Notes: generated by a model from the letters alone, not told the origin. DNA of 64,000 nt from Utricularia gibba (GCA_002189035.1 NEEC01000011.1:558001-622000), one strand, 5' to 3'. Shown: positions 50,936-63,960, counted from the stretch's first letter. Translations and numbers: made by a program.

Positions 50936-51415
50936 TCAAAAGGTGTCAATGTATTCTTTTCCTTCCATCTTCTGGTGGAGTGACCCATATGAAACTAGTT
51001 CACAAATTTCCATAGGAGTCTCGTAAACCTGTTGCCATTTTAATCCCGCTTTTGATAATATTGTGACATGATTTGTGTGAGCAACCCCGGAGCACTCCAC
51101 AATGCTAAACAATGTACCAACACTAAGCGGATATCCATAATCTTCACATAACCTCATAAATGTAACGATACTTCCAATGAAAGCTGGTGTTAAATGATAT
51201 AATGGAAGATGTACTGAACAAAGCATGAACTCGACAAATGGTTGGATAGGTAATCTTAACCCACATCTAAAATGTTCAATGCTAACTACAAAAGCACGGG
51301 TGCCAACACGCTGTGGTGATTGATCTGAAATTTGTTCATCTTCTTTTTTCTCTGATATTAGGAAATTTTTGGACACTGAGTATCTTTGTCTGATCTTGTC
51401 TCCAAAAGTCAACAA
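50936..51415 (-). pseudogene. Transposon accessory ORF with a Transposase_28-like motif
   Basis: FVVSIEHFRCGLRLPIQPFVEFMLCSVHLPLYHLTP..IGSIVTFMRLC. Confidence 0.6.
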
Positions 51416-51860
51416 TCATTGTGAATGCTAGTGAAATTACGGAAAATACAACATGTAGAGAATATATAAAATAAAGAGATGTCGCATACCTTGAATGAAT
51501 TGATTTGATTTGACATACAAGAACAAGATTTTTCTAAAAAAAACAATTTATCTTAAGAAAAATTCAAATACATAGGGAAGAATAAGTTGGAGATTTTGAA
51601 GGTGAAAGATGGTTGAAGAAGCGGTAAAAGTGGAGAAGAAGGTGTAGGGTTTGAAGAGGGAGTTTGTGTCTGTTTAATTAAGATAGGTATATATTTAATT
51701 TTTTGAAGTATTTTGAATTTTTCCAAAAATATATGAAAAAATTAACTACAATGTATATTTATGAGTGTCATGAGTATACTTTTTAATAAAAAATAGAATA
51801 TTATGAATACAAATTGCAAGGAATTAAATAGTTAAGACTTTCTTATTACAAAATTTTCAG

Positions 51861-52140
51861 TGTCTAAGCACTAGGCATTTTTATATGTAATAAGGGGTGC
51901 CCAGAAACACTTTGGCATTGCTTACGGATATAAGTGGTGTCTAGGAACGCTATGGGCGTTGCCTACAGTTGTATACTGTGCCCAGAAATGCTTTGGGAGT
52001 TGATTCAAAATGTCATGGGCGTTGCTTCTGAGTACAAAAGGTACCCAACATCACCTTTGGGTGTTGCTTCGTTATTTCAACAACGCCCATCAAGGCCGGG
52101 TGCTGCCTAGAAGTATATATAGCTGCCAACAGTGCCATGG
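51861..52140 (+). repeat. Degenerate ~40-bp tandem array with a TGGGCGTTGC core
   Basis: Core variants at 51913, 51953, 51994, 52016, 52058 and 52097, plus an inverted copy at 52081. Confidence 0.8.
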
Positions 52141-52299
52141 GCATCATAGCTCTATTGTGCATGAGATACGGTAAATTATTTTATATGATATTCTTTTTAG
52201 CACAATGATAGATGTAATGATATGCTAATTTATTCTTTTTTACTTATAGAGATAAAATCCATAACTCCTTCAAATTTAGATTTTTACGAGGAATGCTTG

Positions 52300-53100
52300 G
52301 TGTAGTAGAGGTATCGGTCTCATGGGTATCATACCTCTTCTGTGTTGCAGGATAATGTATCGATGATCTAGGTTGCACATTGATGGGGTATTGGTACGGA
52401 TGGGATGATGTCTAAAATGATGCATTTATGTGACTCATCCAGTCTAGCCATATATCATCTCGAATTTCTACCTTGATAATCCATTGGCATTGTAAACCTC
52501 ATTGACTGAGGTCTGCCATAGCAGATATTCTTCTTACTAGTAGAGTCATAGATCAACAAAATTGTGCCAGCAGCCATGTATCCTTATATTGCAATGGTTG
52601 AATTTGATTCTTGTATATTTTGATTTACTAAGCCAGATGTAACATGGAATTGATAACATCCCTAGGATCAATGTTTAGCATTTGACATGCCTTCACACGA
52701 AAGTTACAAGTATAATAGAAAGTCTCAAATACATAATCAACAGAGTGGGGCATGTACCTATTGTCATGAAAGCATGGGATACCAAAATTTTCCACTTCCT
52801 ACACTTGCACATGCCTTGAAGAACCATCACTATGAGCTTCTTTTGTTTATCATTTTTTTTGCAACTGGTAATCAAAAACTTTTTCTGATAAGATAATAGG
52901 GCCTTACATTTCTTCTTTGTGAACATGACATTAAGACTTAAGTTCATAAGGTGTAAATTTAGGCTTTGAAAAATAGTGCAGTCTATGATGGTTTCATAAG
53001 CCTCTCTGATTACCATTGTGTCTAATGCTACACAATGTAGGGTCTATACTTATCAGCATCTATGCTTGATGTTGCATTTTGCATGAATTCATCCTCCATC
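52300..53100 (-). pseudogene. Mutator transposase remnant (SWIM zinc finger)
   Basis: GMCKCRKWKI then frameshifted GIPCFH, matching SWIM C-x-C-x-x-W...GIPC-x-H. Confidence 0.6.
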
Positions 53101-53777
53101 TTATTGTTTGTGAACAGTTTCACATTTTCTTTTGCTAGTGTGTAATTCTTTGGCATCTTTTCCATCGAAGGTGGGAGAACAAGGGTGGTGTTCAATATTG
53201 AAGACATGAGAAGGATTAGATTTGTGTGTGTGTGTGTTAAGTTTTGGTTTTGTGGAGTTGTAGCAAATGAAGGAGGCTTATATTTCTTTGCTTCATGTCG
53301 AGTTCACAATGAAGAGAGTGACTTTGCTTGAATCTTAACACTAAAGTAGAGAGATTTGTGAAGTAAACAGAATTGTGAAAATGTTATTTGGGTTATCACC
53401 CGTTCCTGTAGTTACATGGATGTGCTCCTTTTTATAGAGCAAGATTTTAATGATCGTTGGTTAGAACTATACTTGTTGTGTAGGCAACCGTTGCAAAGCA
53501 TCAGTTACAAATAAAATACTATCTTTTTTGAAAATTATTGGAGAAGAGTAGAAACCAAGATAACACATGTCAGTTACAAATGTAAGTCTTCTTGAGTTAC
53601 AACATATAGTAGAGGCTATCCCCAATAGAGCATATTTGCATTTTCTTGTTTCTTCATAACTTGAAGTATTGCTGATAGCTTGTAATTCCTCAAGTTTTGG
53701 TTAGTAAATTGGCGGCTCCGTTTGCCCATCTACGTAAAAATTCTGTGCTATTTGTTTTACTTTGTATTGCTATTTTT

Positions 53778-53930
53778 ACATCATAGGGTGTACTCAATGT
53801 GTTTGAGCATGTCCTACCGTTATATTAATGACAAAATTGCTTCTGCCCCAAGAATCGAGGAGTATGTTGGTTGTAAGAGATGTGAATCCACATGTCCAAT
53901 GGATTTGCTGAGTGTTTTGGTTTATTTGGA
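53778..53930 (+). pseudogene. psaC: Plastid-derived psaC remnant (NUPT)
   Basis: IGCTQCV*ACP...[32 protein letters not shown], compared with PsaC IGCTQCVRACP...[32 protein letters not shown]. Confidence 0.92.
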
Positions 53931-54008
53931 TTTATTTCATTTTCATACTTTTTAGGAATAAAACTAGCTTGAGCATACAGTTCTTTCAACCAAGTCTATC
54001 TTGTCACC

Positions 54009-54445
54009 ACGAATAATTTCCTTGCTTAACAATGATTGTGGTTTTACCTACAATTATGCATTCGTTGATTTTCTTTCTTCTAAATAGATAAAACAGAGTA
54101 ATTGTATACTATATCTATGAATTGCTTCTAATGACTTATCATTTTCTTATAAATTGTAATTGGATTATCCAGTACTTCAGCTAGTTGACGATTATTATTG
54201 GATCTATTTTTCGGATTTCCATTGGAGATTGGGAATAGATGGGTTATATCTAAGACCCATTTGAATGAAAGGATTCATCACTCATTCACTGCTTTTTCTT
54301 GTTTTCTGGTTCATACAATTATGCTCAACCACTATCAAATATTGGCTAGTCGGTACTATGGCGTGGCATTCAAAATTATATTCCATATTGGATTTTCTTT
54401 TATTGCTTTTGTGGTCAAATGACCAATAATATCCCTAGGTTACCA
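54009..54445 (+). pseudogene. ndhD: Plastid-derived ndhD remnant with internal deletions
   Basis: Begins ACG AAT AAT TT; [23 protein letters not shown] and KIIFHIGFSFIAFVVK*PII match NdhD; directly downstream of psaC as in plastomes. Confidence 0.88.
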
Positions 54446-55498
54446 GAAATGGAGAATCATATTGAAAATGGGAGTTTAGGGATTAATTTCCATCAATATG
54501 AAATTATTACCTTATGATCATTCTATATTTTCTCCTTGGTTGTTGTTAATAGGTATTCTTCTATATTGCACATAGGTTTTAGGGGTCATTTGATACCAAA
54601 GTATTAGTATGTTTAAATGTAATATAATTGAGTATATATATACTCAATCGTCGATAACGTTTGATATACGAAAACAAAAATTTGAATATATGAGTGATAT
54701 ATAAAATAAAAATTATTTTATTTGAAAATTGTGTCTACAAAAAATGGAAGTTATGTGAAAATTATGCTTTCAAGAAATTACAATTAATTTCATGCATACA
54801 GAAAATTGATTGTGGAGATGTTGAAATTAAATAGTTTAATAAAATAAAATTATCTACAAGCATTTTGTAGGACTTGTGGTTCTTATATAAAAATTTTGTA
54901 TTTAGAAAATTTGAAATTATTTATAAATTATGAAAACAGTTAAATTCACTGGTTAATTCATTAGTTGAATTTGATAAATTAATTTACTTATAAATTATGA
55001 ATTATAATTATTTTCAAAATAATTATACGTATGTTTGATTTTAGTTATAATATATTTGATGGGATATAAACCGGTTCGGGAAATCGGTTTATCAAAAAGG
55101 CTGCCAGGCGAGATTTCCGATGAGATAATGCCTGACAGCAAATTGATCCCTGTCAGGGGATTTGAAAAGAACAACATGGACCAGTCTGAAGAATAACCGA
55201 GTTACGACAGTATAAGCGGCGATTGTCTGAAAAGCAGGAGGAACAAGTGAAGAAAGGCAGCCGACACTTGCGAAGTTCATGATTCAGTCGGGTCGGAGGA
55301 GGAACAAGACCTCGGCCTTATGATCACCAACAGGGAACAACTGAAGGAAAGGATACTATGAAGGAGGAGGAACAACAGGGAACAAGACCTCGTACAATAC
55401 CCCCTGATACAGAGACTGAGTCCGAGACCGAGGAGGAGATACTATGAAGGAAAAGACACAACCAAGTCATTTATGAACCCGGAACGGATAGGAAAAAC

Positions 55499-55980
55499 GT
55501 GACTAGTGAATTCCTAGAAGAAAGGGAAGAAGAACTGAAAAGAGAGTTGGATCAGATCCAGAAAAGAAGAAGGCTCATCGCCACGCAAATGCTACCAGGA
55601 GAGAAAGAAAGCAGGGGCTTCAGGGATGCCTTCGACCAGAATGCCTACACTGGAAGAGCAGACGTTCTTGCCGGCATTGATCTAGCTTTGAAAAACAGTA
55701 TGGCAGGAGCTGCAAGGACCCCCGTCCTTCGCTTTGATCCCTTCTCGGATGAGCTAATCCAAGAAGAGCCCGAAAGGGGGTTCAGAGTTCCCGAGGGGCT
55801 GCCCGCATATGATGGGAAGGGAGACCCTATATCTCACGTGACCGATTTTGACATGAGGATGGCCACGGTCCGGTATTCGGAAGCCATGAAGTGCAAGTTA
55901 ATTGCTTGTTCGCTCCAGAAGGGAGCTAAGACCTGGTTCAAAAAGTTGGAGCCCTGTAGTGTGGGGTCCTATCGGGAGCC
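55499..55980 (+). mobile_element. Tat/Ogre-like gag fragment
   Basis: PFSDELI..F.VP..LPAYDGKGDPISHV..F...CKLIACSLQKGAKTWFKKL.P.SVGSY (Retrotrans_gag pattern); truncated. Confidence 0.85.
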
Positions 55981-56139
55981 CACAACAATATTTAAATACA
56001 TCATCCGTGTATTATCTGTAAAATTATATACACTATACTTTGAAGTATTATTTTAATATTTAAAATACGTATTACCTCTCAATTGCTAAAAGTACTCAAA
56101 TGACCACTGAATTTTAAATATAATTACTCTCTTGATACT

Positions 56140-59100
56140 CTATTTAACCAAATTCACCGTTGTTGTGGTTAGAAATCGGTATCAAGGGAAAAACCGATTT
56201 CCAGGTGAGGGATACGGCTTGGGTGAGGGATACAATCAGACAACCCCTGAAATACCCATCGGCGATGTATCCGATTGGCAAATCAGAACCATTTCCGTAT
56301 TGATCTCGGATATGCTGATTTCATTTGGGTAACTTTGACCGATTTAGACTGATCTCCATGCTACATGTCGTTCCTCGGATGCCCCACGTTTTTCCCATGT
56401 TTCTCCCTTTGCTCCTCTTCCTTTCTACGAGACTTCAATGCTGTTCGTGCTCCGTCGCATCCACCGCCACAAAGTTCACCGGAAACTGCAGATTTCTCAG
56501 GTACCCGTGCACTCTTTATTTTTTCCCGCATTTCTCATTTAGTTTCGCCCACCACTGGGTTTTTGAGTCCTTCTTCCCCTTTTTTCTGTTCCCTCGTAGG
56601 GTTTCAATTTTTCTTTACCCCTTCACAAACTCTTTTCCTTTCCGACTCTCGAAAACAAAATGGGTAGAAAATCTAGTGAACTGAATATCTCTAGTATCCG
56701 TTCAAAGTACTTGATCCCAGAGGATTACATCATTCCCCAGCCCAGGGATGGCCAGATTCCTTGGGGATCTGGGGAAAGACCTCTTCCCGTTTCAGTCTCC
56801 CCATCCCCCTTGCCTACTTGATAAGGGGCCTCCGATTTACGCTCCATCTTTTACTCGTTCAGTTTCTCCACATGTTTTCCATCCCTCTCTATTGCCGCGT
56901 CCTGAATTCGATCTTCTGTTTTACCGTTTTCTTTTTCTACATGGTGGGTATGGATCCATCCATGACTCTGGTGGATTTTTTCCAACTTTTTAAAGTTGTG
57001 GTCCAGAAAGCTAAGCCGACGATGCATGGGCGTGCTCACTTTCAATTTCACTGATTTGAAGACCATCTCGATTTCGTCGTTATGCCCCCCGACACTCATT
57101 ATGATTGGTGGTCTTCTTTCATTTGGGTTGCTCTCCCTATAGGAGCTAGATGGAACTTTCCGGTTAAACCTCCAAGCCCCTTTGAGATTAAACCATTTGG
57201 TCATCTTCATCCTTCTAACAAGTCTCATAGAGACGTGTATCAGAGACTCAACGAATGCTCCGTGAAATATGAATCCCGATCCCAAATGCTTTCGCGGGAT
57301 ACTATGACAGCCTGTGGGATCCTCGGCCAAACTCGAGTTGGGCAATGGTCCGACTTCATCATTCCTCTAGGTTTGGAGTTAGAGTTTCGTCACCTCTTTC
57401 AATCTCCGTCTGATATTCCTTTCATTTCAGATACGCCTCCCGCTTCTGATCCGATAATCTCCATTTCATCTCGCCTCATCCGAGTGCCCTCAGCTCCAAA
57501 GAAAAAGAGGAGGGTTAAAGTTTGCGCTCAAAAACCCTCGAAAAAATGGAAAGGTAGCTCGTATCATTTTCCTGGCCATGAAACCTTTGTTGTTGTCCTT
57601 ATATATTTTAGTCTGGTGTGCAGATGAGGAGATGGCATGAAGGAGGGCCCTAGAAGATTCAGTGATGGCATGCTTCGATGGCGAGATGCATAGAATGCAG
57701 GAACCGATTGCAGGTTCAGTTTTTATGAACCCTTGTTATGGGTCTCTGATTCTGATCTCTTTACCTTTTCTTCTAGGCCGATCCCGAGGAGGTTAAATCG
57801 AACACAGCCGATTACCTTTTGGAAGGAGATCAAGTGGTTGAAGTTTCAGGGGTCCAAGAGTCGACCCCTCCTACTCCAACGAGGAAGGGAAAAGAGAAGC
57901 TTTTTCCGTCTTCTAAGAATGTCGAGATCCTGATTCTCGGCGTGGGGCTCCATTCGGCAAGCCTTTCCACATCAGCCCCTCCGAATGAGATATGGAGGGA
58001 TTCTTCCCTCAGATTGAGATAAGTGAGGATTCTGCCCTTCCCCCATCTTCGGTCCCTCCTGAGCTACGAAGAGCCCTGGAGGAGGTGACCACGAGTCTTT
58101 TGGGCATTTAGTTGGACGTTATACTTAAGGGGATCTGGCAGGTATTCTTCTTCTCCTTTCTCGGAGTTGTACGCAATCAGATCCTTACTCGATGATCTCT
58201 TCCTCAATTTGGCCTGTTTCTCTGAGTTATTAGACATATATGCCGAAGATCTGATCGGCCTGCTCCTCCACTGGCAGAGGCATCAATTCAGTTAGGAATT
58301 TGGGTTGTCAATCACGAATCCACGCTTTGATAGGATCACCTTTGACGAAGGATGAAAATATGCTAAATGTCATTGTGGATTTGTTTGAGGCCCTAGAATT
58401 TGGGTTTGGAGCAGATCGGGAGTGCTTGACGGTGCTAATTCGGGCGAGGATCCAATGAGAGAATGAGGCCAAGCTGGAGCGAGGCTGGAAGGGTCGGCCC
58501 CTCAAACGATCCTCTCCCTTGAACTTTAATTTTCTTCTTCTAGAGCTAATGTTTTGGTCCCCGACTTTGGGCTTTTCGTACATTTGAGATCCCAGTTTGG
58601 GGTTTCTTCTTTCAGTCTAAATCTACTTCATTTTTGCATATCGCTTTCACTTCTGTCGATTTTTTTGATTTGAAAGTTGCCTAATTTTCCAGTCGTTTGG
58701 CTGGGCTTTTTGCTTAAGTATTTTTTTACACATGCAAGACCACTGCTAAGGATGTAACTCAGACCCCTGTCGGGTTAAGTTACATCCTGAGTCCGAATAG
58801 ACCCTCTTCTGGCAAGATATTTATGCTTTTGGGGCATAGTTGGTTCTACTTCGAGTGCACTTACCGTCTCGAGATTCGGTAGAAAGATCTTTACTTAGGG
58901 CATTTTCAAGGCTTACACGAACGGCTTATTGAAGCCAATGCACGGAATGTACCAAGGCTTATCCTCATCATTGGTGTCTGGGCTTAGTGGATCAACTACT
59001 TCGGGGGGAGCCCCCGGATGATTTGCTATACCGATTGGGGGGTATTGACTTAGAAGATTTGCCTGGGCTTACATGACTCGGCCAGGGCTTTGCTATCTTG

Positions 59101-59430
59101 ATACCCATCTCCTTTACGGAGGAATTACTTGAATGCCTTAAGATAGAAAATACCGAAATCGGTAAAGTCTTGAAATAGGAATCGATAACAAAGTGTTTAC
59201 GCATAGAACTTCCCCAGATGGGTTGCATTCCATGATCTCGAGAATTCCACGCCGTCTAATTGTTCCAGACGATAGGCTCCTTTTCCAATCACTCTATAAA
59301 TCCGATAAGGGCCTTCCCAATTCTGTTCAAACTCCTTGAAGTTCTTTGCCAGCTCCTTCACCTTAACACAATATAAAGCTTTTAGGGGGTCATGAGTTTC
59401 ATATTCACCTGCAGATTGTCCTTTCACTAG
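56140..59430 (-). mobile_element. 3' part of a Tat-like gypsy element (integrase C-terminus and long 3' region)
   Basis: [24 protein letters not shown]...[10 protein letters not shown] at 59197-59427. Confidence 0.82.
56660..57627 (+). pseudogene. Antisense additional ORF of the Tat element (Transposase_28-like), frameshifted
   Basis: MGRKSSELNISSIRSKYLIPEDY...RGLRFTLHLLLVQFLHMFSIP...LNSI..DW; antisense to pol, downstream of integrase. Confidence 0.7.
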
Positions 59431-59479
59431 CTGTGAATCGGTGTAAGCATCGAGTTCCTATTATACTTCTAACCTAGAA

Positions 59480-60160
59480 TATGCTATAGAACCTGGACAA
59501 AAGGTTGATAGAAATTATAAAGAAAACTGATTGGATCACTTGTTTACTTAATAGCCACATGATCAAACACTTTGTTTTCTGTCAACCTACAGTCTCAATT
59601 CATGGCTAATCCCATGACCACACATCCGGAAGCAGGAAAAAAAATTCTCAAGTGCTTAAACAATACAAAGGAATTGATACTTTTCGACAAAGAAAATGTA
59701 TGTATCAATGGTTAATATTATATTGTGATAACAAGTATGTAGGTGATAACAAATATATGAATTCTACAAGCAGATATGTCTTCATTAAAAGTGGTTGTGC
59801 ATTTGCATGGAATAGTAAAAAACAATCCATGGTGGTGCAATCATCCAAAAGTGAATACATGGTCACTGCAGCAGTCTCTAATCATACTATGCAAATTTAC
59901 AAATTACTAAAGGACTTGGATTTTCAGATTTACAAGCATGTTACAATATTTCTAGACAACATATCTCCTTTTTCGATGGAAAACAATCCGACTATCTATA
60001 GAAGTGACATCAAAATAAAATTTCATGTGGTGAGAAAGTACATCAAAGAGAAGTTGACCAAGCTTAAATATATTCCAACCAAAAGACAAGTGGTGGACAT
60101 TCTAACAAAATTGCTGTATTCTAAGCAATTTAATCAACTCCGAGACAAGTTAGGTATGAT
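59480..60160 (+). mobile_element. Ty1/copia RT end and RNase H remnant
   Basis: STSRYVF..AWNSKKQSMVVQSSKSEYM, IFLDN, IKIKFHVVR, QVVDILTK. Confidence 0.85.
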
Positions 60161-60399
60161 ATCTTTATTGTCAATCCCTGAGGATAATTATGAAGCTCAA
60201 TTGAATTCTCGTACAAAAAATCTAGAGAATTTGGAGGTACAAGGATATATCCCTTCCCCTAGAAATCTATGAAATCAAACCCTAAAACTAAGTGAAGACA
60301 ATTCAATCAAAGGAAGCAATTAACAACCTACCTAAGCCTCTCCAAATCTAAATTACCTACTTCATCATGACAGTCTATTGATTTTCCAGTTAAAACTTT

Positions 60400-61690
60400 G
60401 ATGAAGCATGTTGCCATAGCACCACACAGTAACCAAAATGAGCAAAAATTCACAAGTCACATGAGAAGGTAAAAGATGAAGCCCAACTTATTCAAGATGA
60501 CCCATGAAGTGGATAAATCTATGCATGGCCCAACTCACCCATTGTAGATCTTGATGCTTTGCAACAGTTGCCTACATCCCAAGTATAGGTATAGCCTATG
60601 GTCATTAAAATTTTATCATACAAAAAAACCACATCTATGTAAATATAGTAATGGGTAATAACCTCAATAACATCTTCACAATTTTGTTTACTTCATAAAT
60701 CTCTGTACTTTAGTGTCAAGATTCAAGGAAAATCACTCTCTTCACTATCAGTATTGTAACTCATTTTTTCTCAGCAAATCTTTCCACCGTAACGTAAAGA
60801 AGAGGTCCGCTTTGATCTTTTAAATAAGCACTAATTTTTTATTGATTATTAGTTAACAACCCTTATACATTAAAACATTTATTTGCTATCCAAACCCACC
60901 AAGTTCTTCAAATGTTTGCATTGATAACTGACAAAGGCTTCATCAAATCATCCGCCACAATCTGATGTATCAACTTTCTCCACGTAACCTTCTCCTTGAT
61001 ACAATATATCCTTAATAAAATTATAACAAATATCATGTATGTAGTACAGCTGCGAAACATTGCATCCCTAGCTAGTTAAAAAGTCACATTGATTGTCACA
61101 ACTAATGGGTTTCATGAAGGCTTCAGGTCATAATTCAGAAAATAGCCCTTTCAACCAAATACATTCTATGATGGCTTCTCAAAGTCCGTGAATTCAGCTC
61201 TTGTGATACACAAGGTGATGTAAACTATAGCATAGCTTTCCGTGAATTCAACCAAATAGCCCTTATTTCTTTCTCTTAATATTTCCATAGCAAAAATCTT
61301 CTTATCCACCTAAGATCTTTCATTTAGAACTTGGAAGCTAGCTTAAATGTCTGCTATTATAGAGCCTTCTTCCCACACTTAGTTGCAATTAGCATATCAT
61401 CAACACAAATTAGTAAGGTAGTAATTATGTGGTCATGAGATTCATAAAGGAAGAGACATAGATCATATTTACTTCTTGAATATACAATGCTGGTCATAAA
61501 AGAGCCAAACCTATTATGCCATTGTCTGGTAGATTGCTTTAATTCATAGAGTGTTTATGCAACTTATCAACCATATGCTCTTTTCCTTTCTCTATGTATC
61601 CTTTGAACTATTCCATATGGATGGTTTCATCAAGTTCTTCATTCAAGAAAGTTGTCTTTATGTTCATATCATAGAGTTCCGAATTGTTGT
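60400..61690 (-). mobile_element. Strongly decayed Ty1/copia RT-RNase H
   Basis: Minus strand ELYDMNIKTTFLNEELDETIHM..GY.EKGKEHMV, cf. ELxQMDVKTAFLxGxLxExIYM. Confidence 0.7.
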
Positions 61691-61959
61691 GCAACAATTC
61701 CATAGAGTTCCCAATTGTTGAGAGCCAGGATCTGGTGGTTGGTTGGTGTGAGGTGCTGTCGTGTGGGGGTGTTCCTCATGACCAAAGCCTGGTCCCTGAA
61801 TTCCTGCCACAATATGAATTTTTCTTGTGAGTATCATATGGTGTTGATTGGGGTAGCAATAGTCTTAGGGGAATACATGTTTGGTGTGAATATGTTGATA
61901 TATTTGTATGCAAAATATTATGGGTGGAACTCTCGACCGTGACACATAAATTCTATGAC

Positions 61960-63073
61960 CACAAAGATTTCTAAGCAAGTGGAGTATATGAGCCACTTAG
62001 TTAGTGATGTGAGGTCATCGATTGAGAATCTGAGAAGTAGTAGAGATGCTTTTTATATATTGTGTAATTTGTTGGAAACCCATGTTGGATTGATGCTTGG
62101 AAAATATGTGAGTGTACTAGAGATGGTATGCATGTTTTTGGGAATTTTAGGCAAAACAAAAGAATACGAGTGTAAAAGCACATTTACAGGAGAAGCACTT
62201 TGTCATGGTGCTTTCACCAGGTGCTGTACGCAGTGCTCTACCTCCACGATGTGCTGTTGTAGAAGTCGATAGTTGTAGGTGCACATGCATCTGAAGAAAA
62301 ATTCAAGTACTTCCAGGTAACCTAATGTTTTAGAACTGATTTTTCTATTTTTGCTGATATCCGTGTACGTGTACACAACATTCTGTAGTTGCATTGGATG
62401 GTACACATATTGGCATACGAGTAAGGGCCCATGACGTAACAAGGTATAGAAATCGAAAGGGTTTTGTTTCAAAAAATGTGTTGGGTGTGTGTGATGAAGG
62501 CATGAAGTTTATTTACATGCTTGCTGGTTGGGAGGGATCTACGGCTGATAGCCGTGTGCTAAATGACGCATTGTCAAGGATAGATGGGTTTCACAGATAT
62601 CCAGGTACAACAAACTCTTGATTGATACATGTGTGATAATGGGTATGCTAATAGGGAATGATTCTTGACCCTATACTGAGGGGTGTGCTACCATTTGAAG
62701 AATTGGGTACAAGGAAATCAAGCATCACAGAATGTGAAAGAGCTATTCAACATGCGCAATGCATTAGCAACGTGATTTAATGAGTATGGGGGTTAAGGAA
62801 AGATGCGCTGGGGTATACTATGGACTGCTAGCCACTATTCAGTTCGCACACAAAATCGAATATTATTAGCATGTGGCCTGCTACACAACCTCATTAGGAA
62901 GGAAATGCTTGTCGATCCCTTGGAGGGTAAGGTGCCGCAGGATTACGGTGTTGACAATAGTGAAAACATTGATGTGGAGGACGTAACGACTACAATTGGC
63001 TCGAGCGATGCATGAAATGCATGGTGGTATGAGTAGGCTGAGGGTATGTATCATGAGTGGGTCACATCGTAGA
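61960..63073 (+). pseudogene. PIF/Harbinger DDE transposase remnant, second copy
   Basis: DAFYILCNLL..VSVLEMVCMFL, DGTHI..RYRNRKGFVSKNVLGVCD..KFIYMLAGWEGSTADSRVL, QNRILLACGLLHNLIR. Confidence 0.92.
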
Positions 63074-63701
63074 TGTGCTGGGCAGTGATTGCGTGTTGTT
63101 TGTTAAGTGTTGAAACTATTTATGCTATATGTTGTATCTTGGATGTTTGAGATAATAAATTAGTGTGAGATAGGTGATTACTTCTCACTTTGCTTCGGGG
63201 AGTTCATTGTTATTGCATCGTATATGTTTCACATGTGTGCTGTAGGTATTTACCATTTGTGCAGCACGTCCCAGTTTTCTGCCTCGTCCTTTGTACGTAC
63301 ACTACAAAAGCATATGACATTAAGTTATGGAGCTTTTGGGGAGTTGTGAGTGTGACTTGCATATGTTCATATGCACAGCACCCCAATGCACAACGTGCAA
63401 ACCACATCATGCACCACCTTGCTTTCAGTGTGGAGCAAGGTGTGAAACAACACCATGTTGGGAAACACCATGATTACACCGATACATTATCTTTCCCTAG
63501 GCGTTTCATTTATTGAGCCCTTTTACGACCTCTCTCAACCATTAGGGTCTAACAACACCATGTTGGGAAACACCCCCTGCCGCCCATGCTATGCTCGTTC
63601 TCAATGTCCGTCACCCGACGGCGTATGTTCTCAACTGAAGTGAGCACTTGCTATTCACTTATGACAGTCATCTAGAGTTGTTTCCTATTGTTGTCTTGCA
63701 G

Positions 63702-63960
63702 ATGTTGATGTGAGAGAACATCAATGCTCAATTCACTGTCCTGGATGCATTTCACATGTGGAACAAATTACCCAATAAACTTCAGACTTAGAATTGTCGA
63801 AGAGGGTTGGACCCATAGGTTTCGCGATGAGCGCCAAGCACTTTCAATGTGGGTTGCGTCTACCTCCGCCTCCATTCATGATGTAGATCCTTGCGGCACC
63901 GCAGATCCCTTTCTCACACTATAATGTCATTTATTCACATATGTGAAGAGGAGAGCATTC
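63702..63960 (+). pseudogene. Transposase_28-like exon downstream of the second Harbinger transposase
   Basis: ttgcag acceptor then atgttg; FAMSAKHFQCGLRLPPPPFMM.IL; same position relative to the transposase as 39094-39414. Confidence 0.55.

Noticed and set aside
54480-54620. Possible further plastid ndh fragment after ndhD
   Set aside because: Could not be matched confidently to any plastid gene by eye
63445-63580. 20-bp direct repeat acaccatgttgggaaacacc about 105 bp apart
   Set aside because: Only two copies in a probable intron of the Harbinger cargo; likely local slippage
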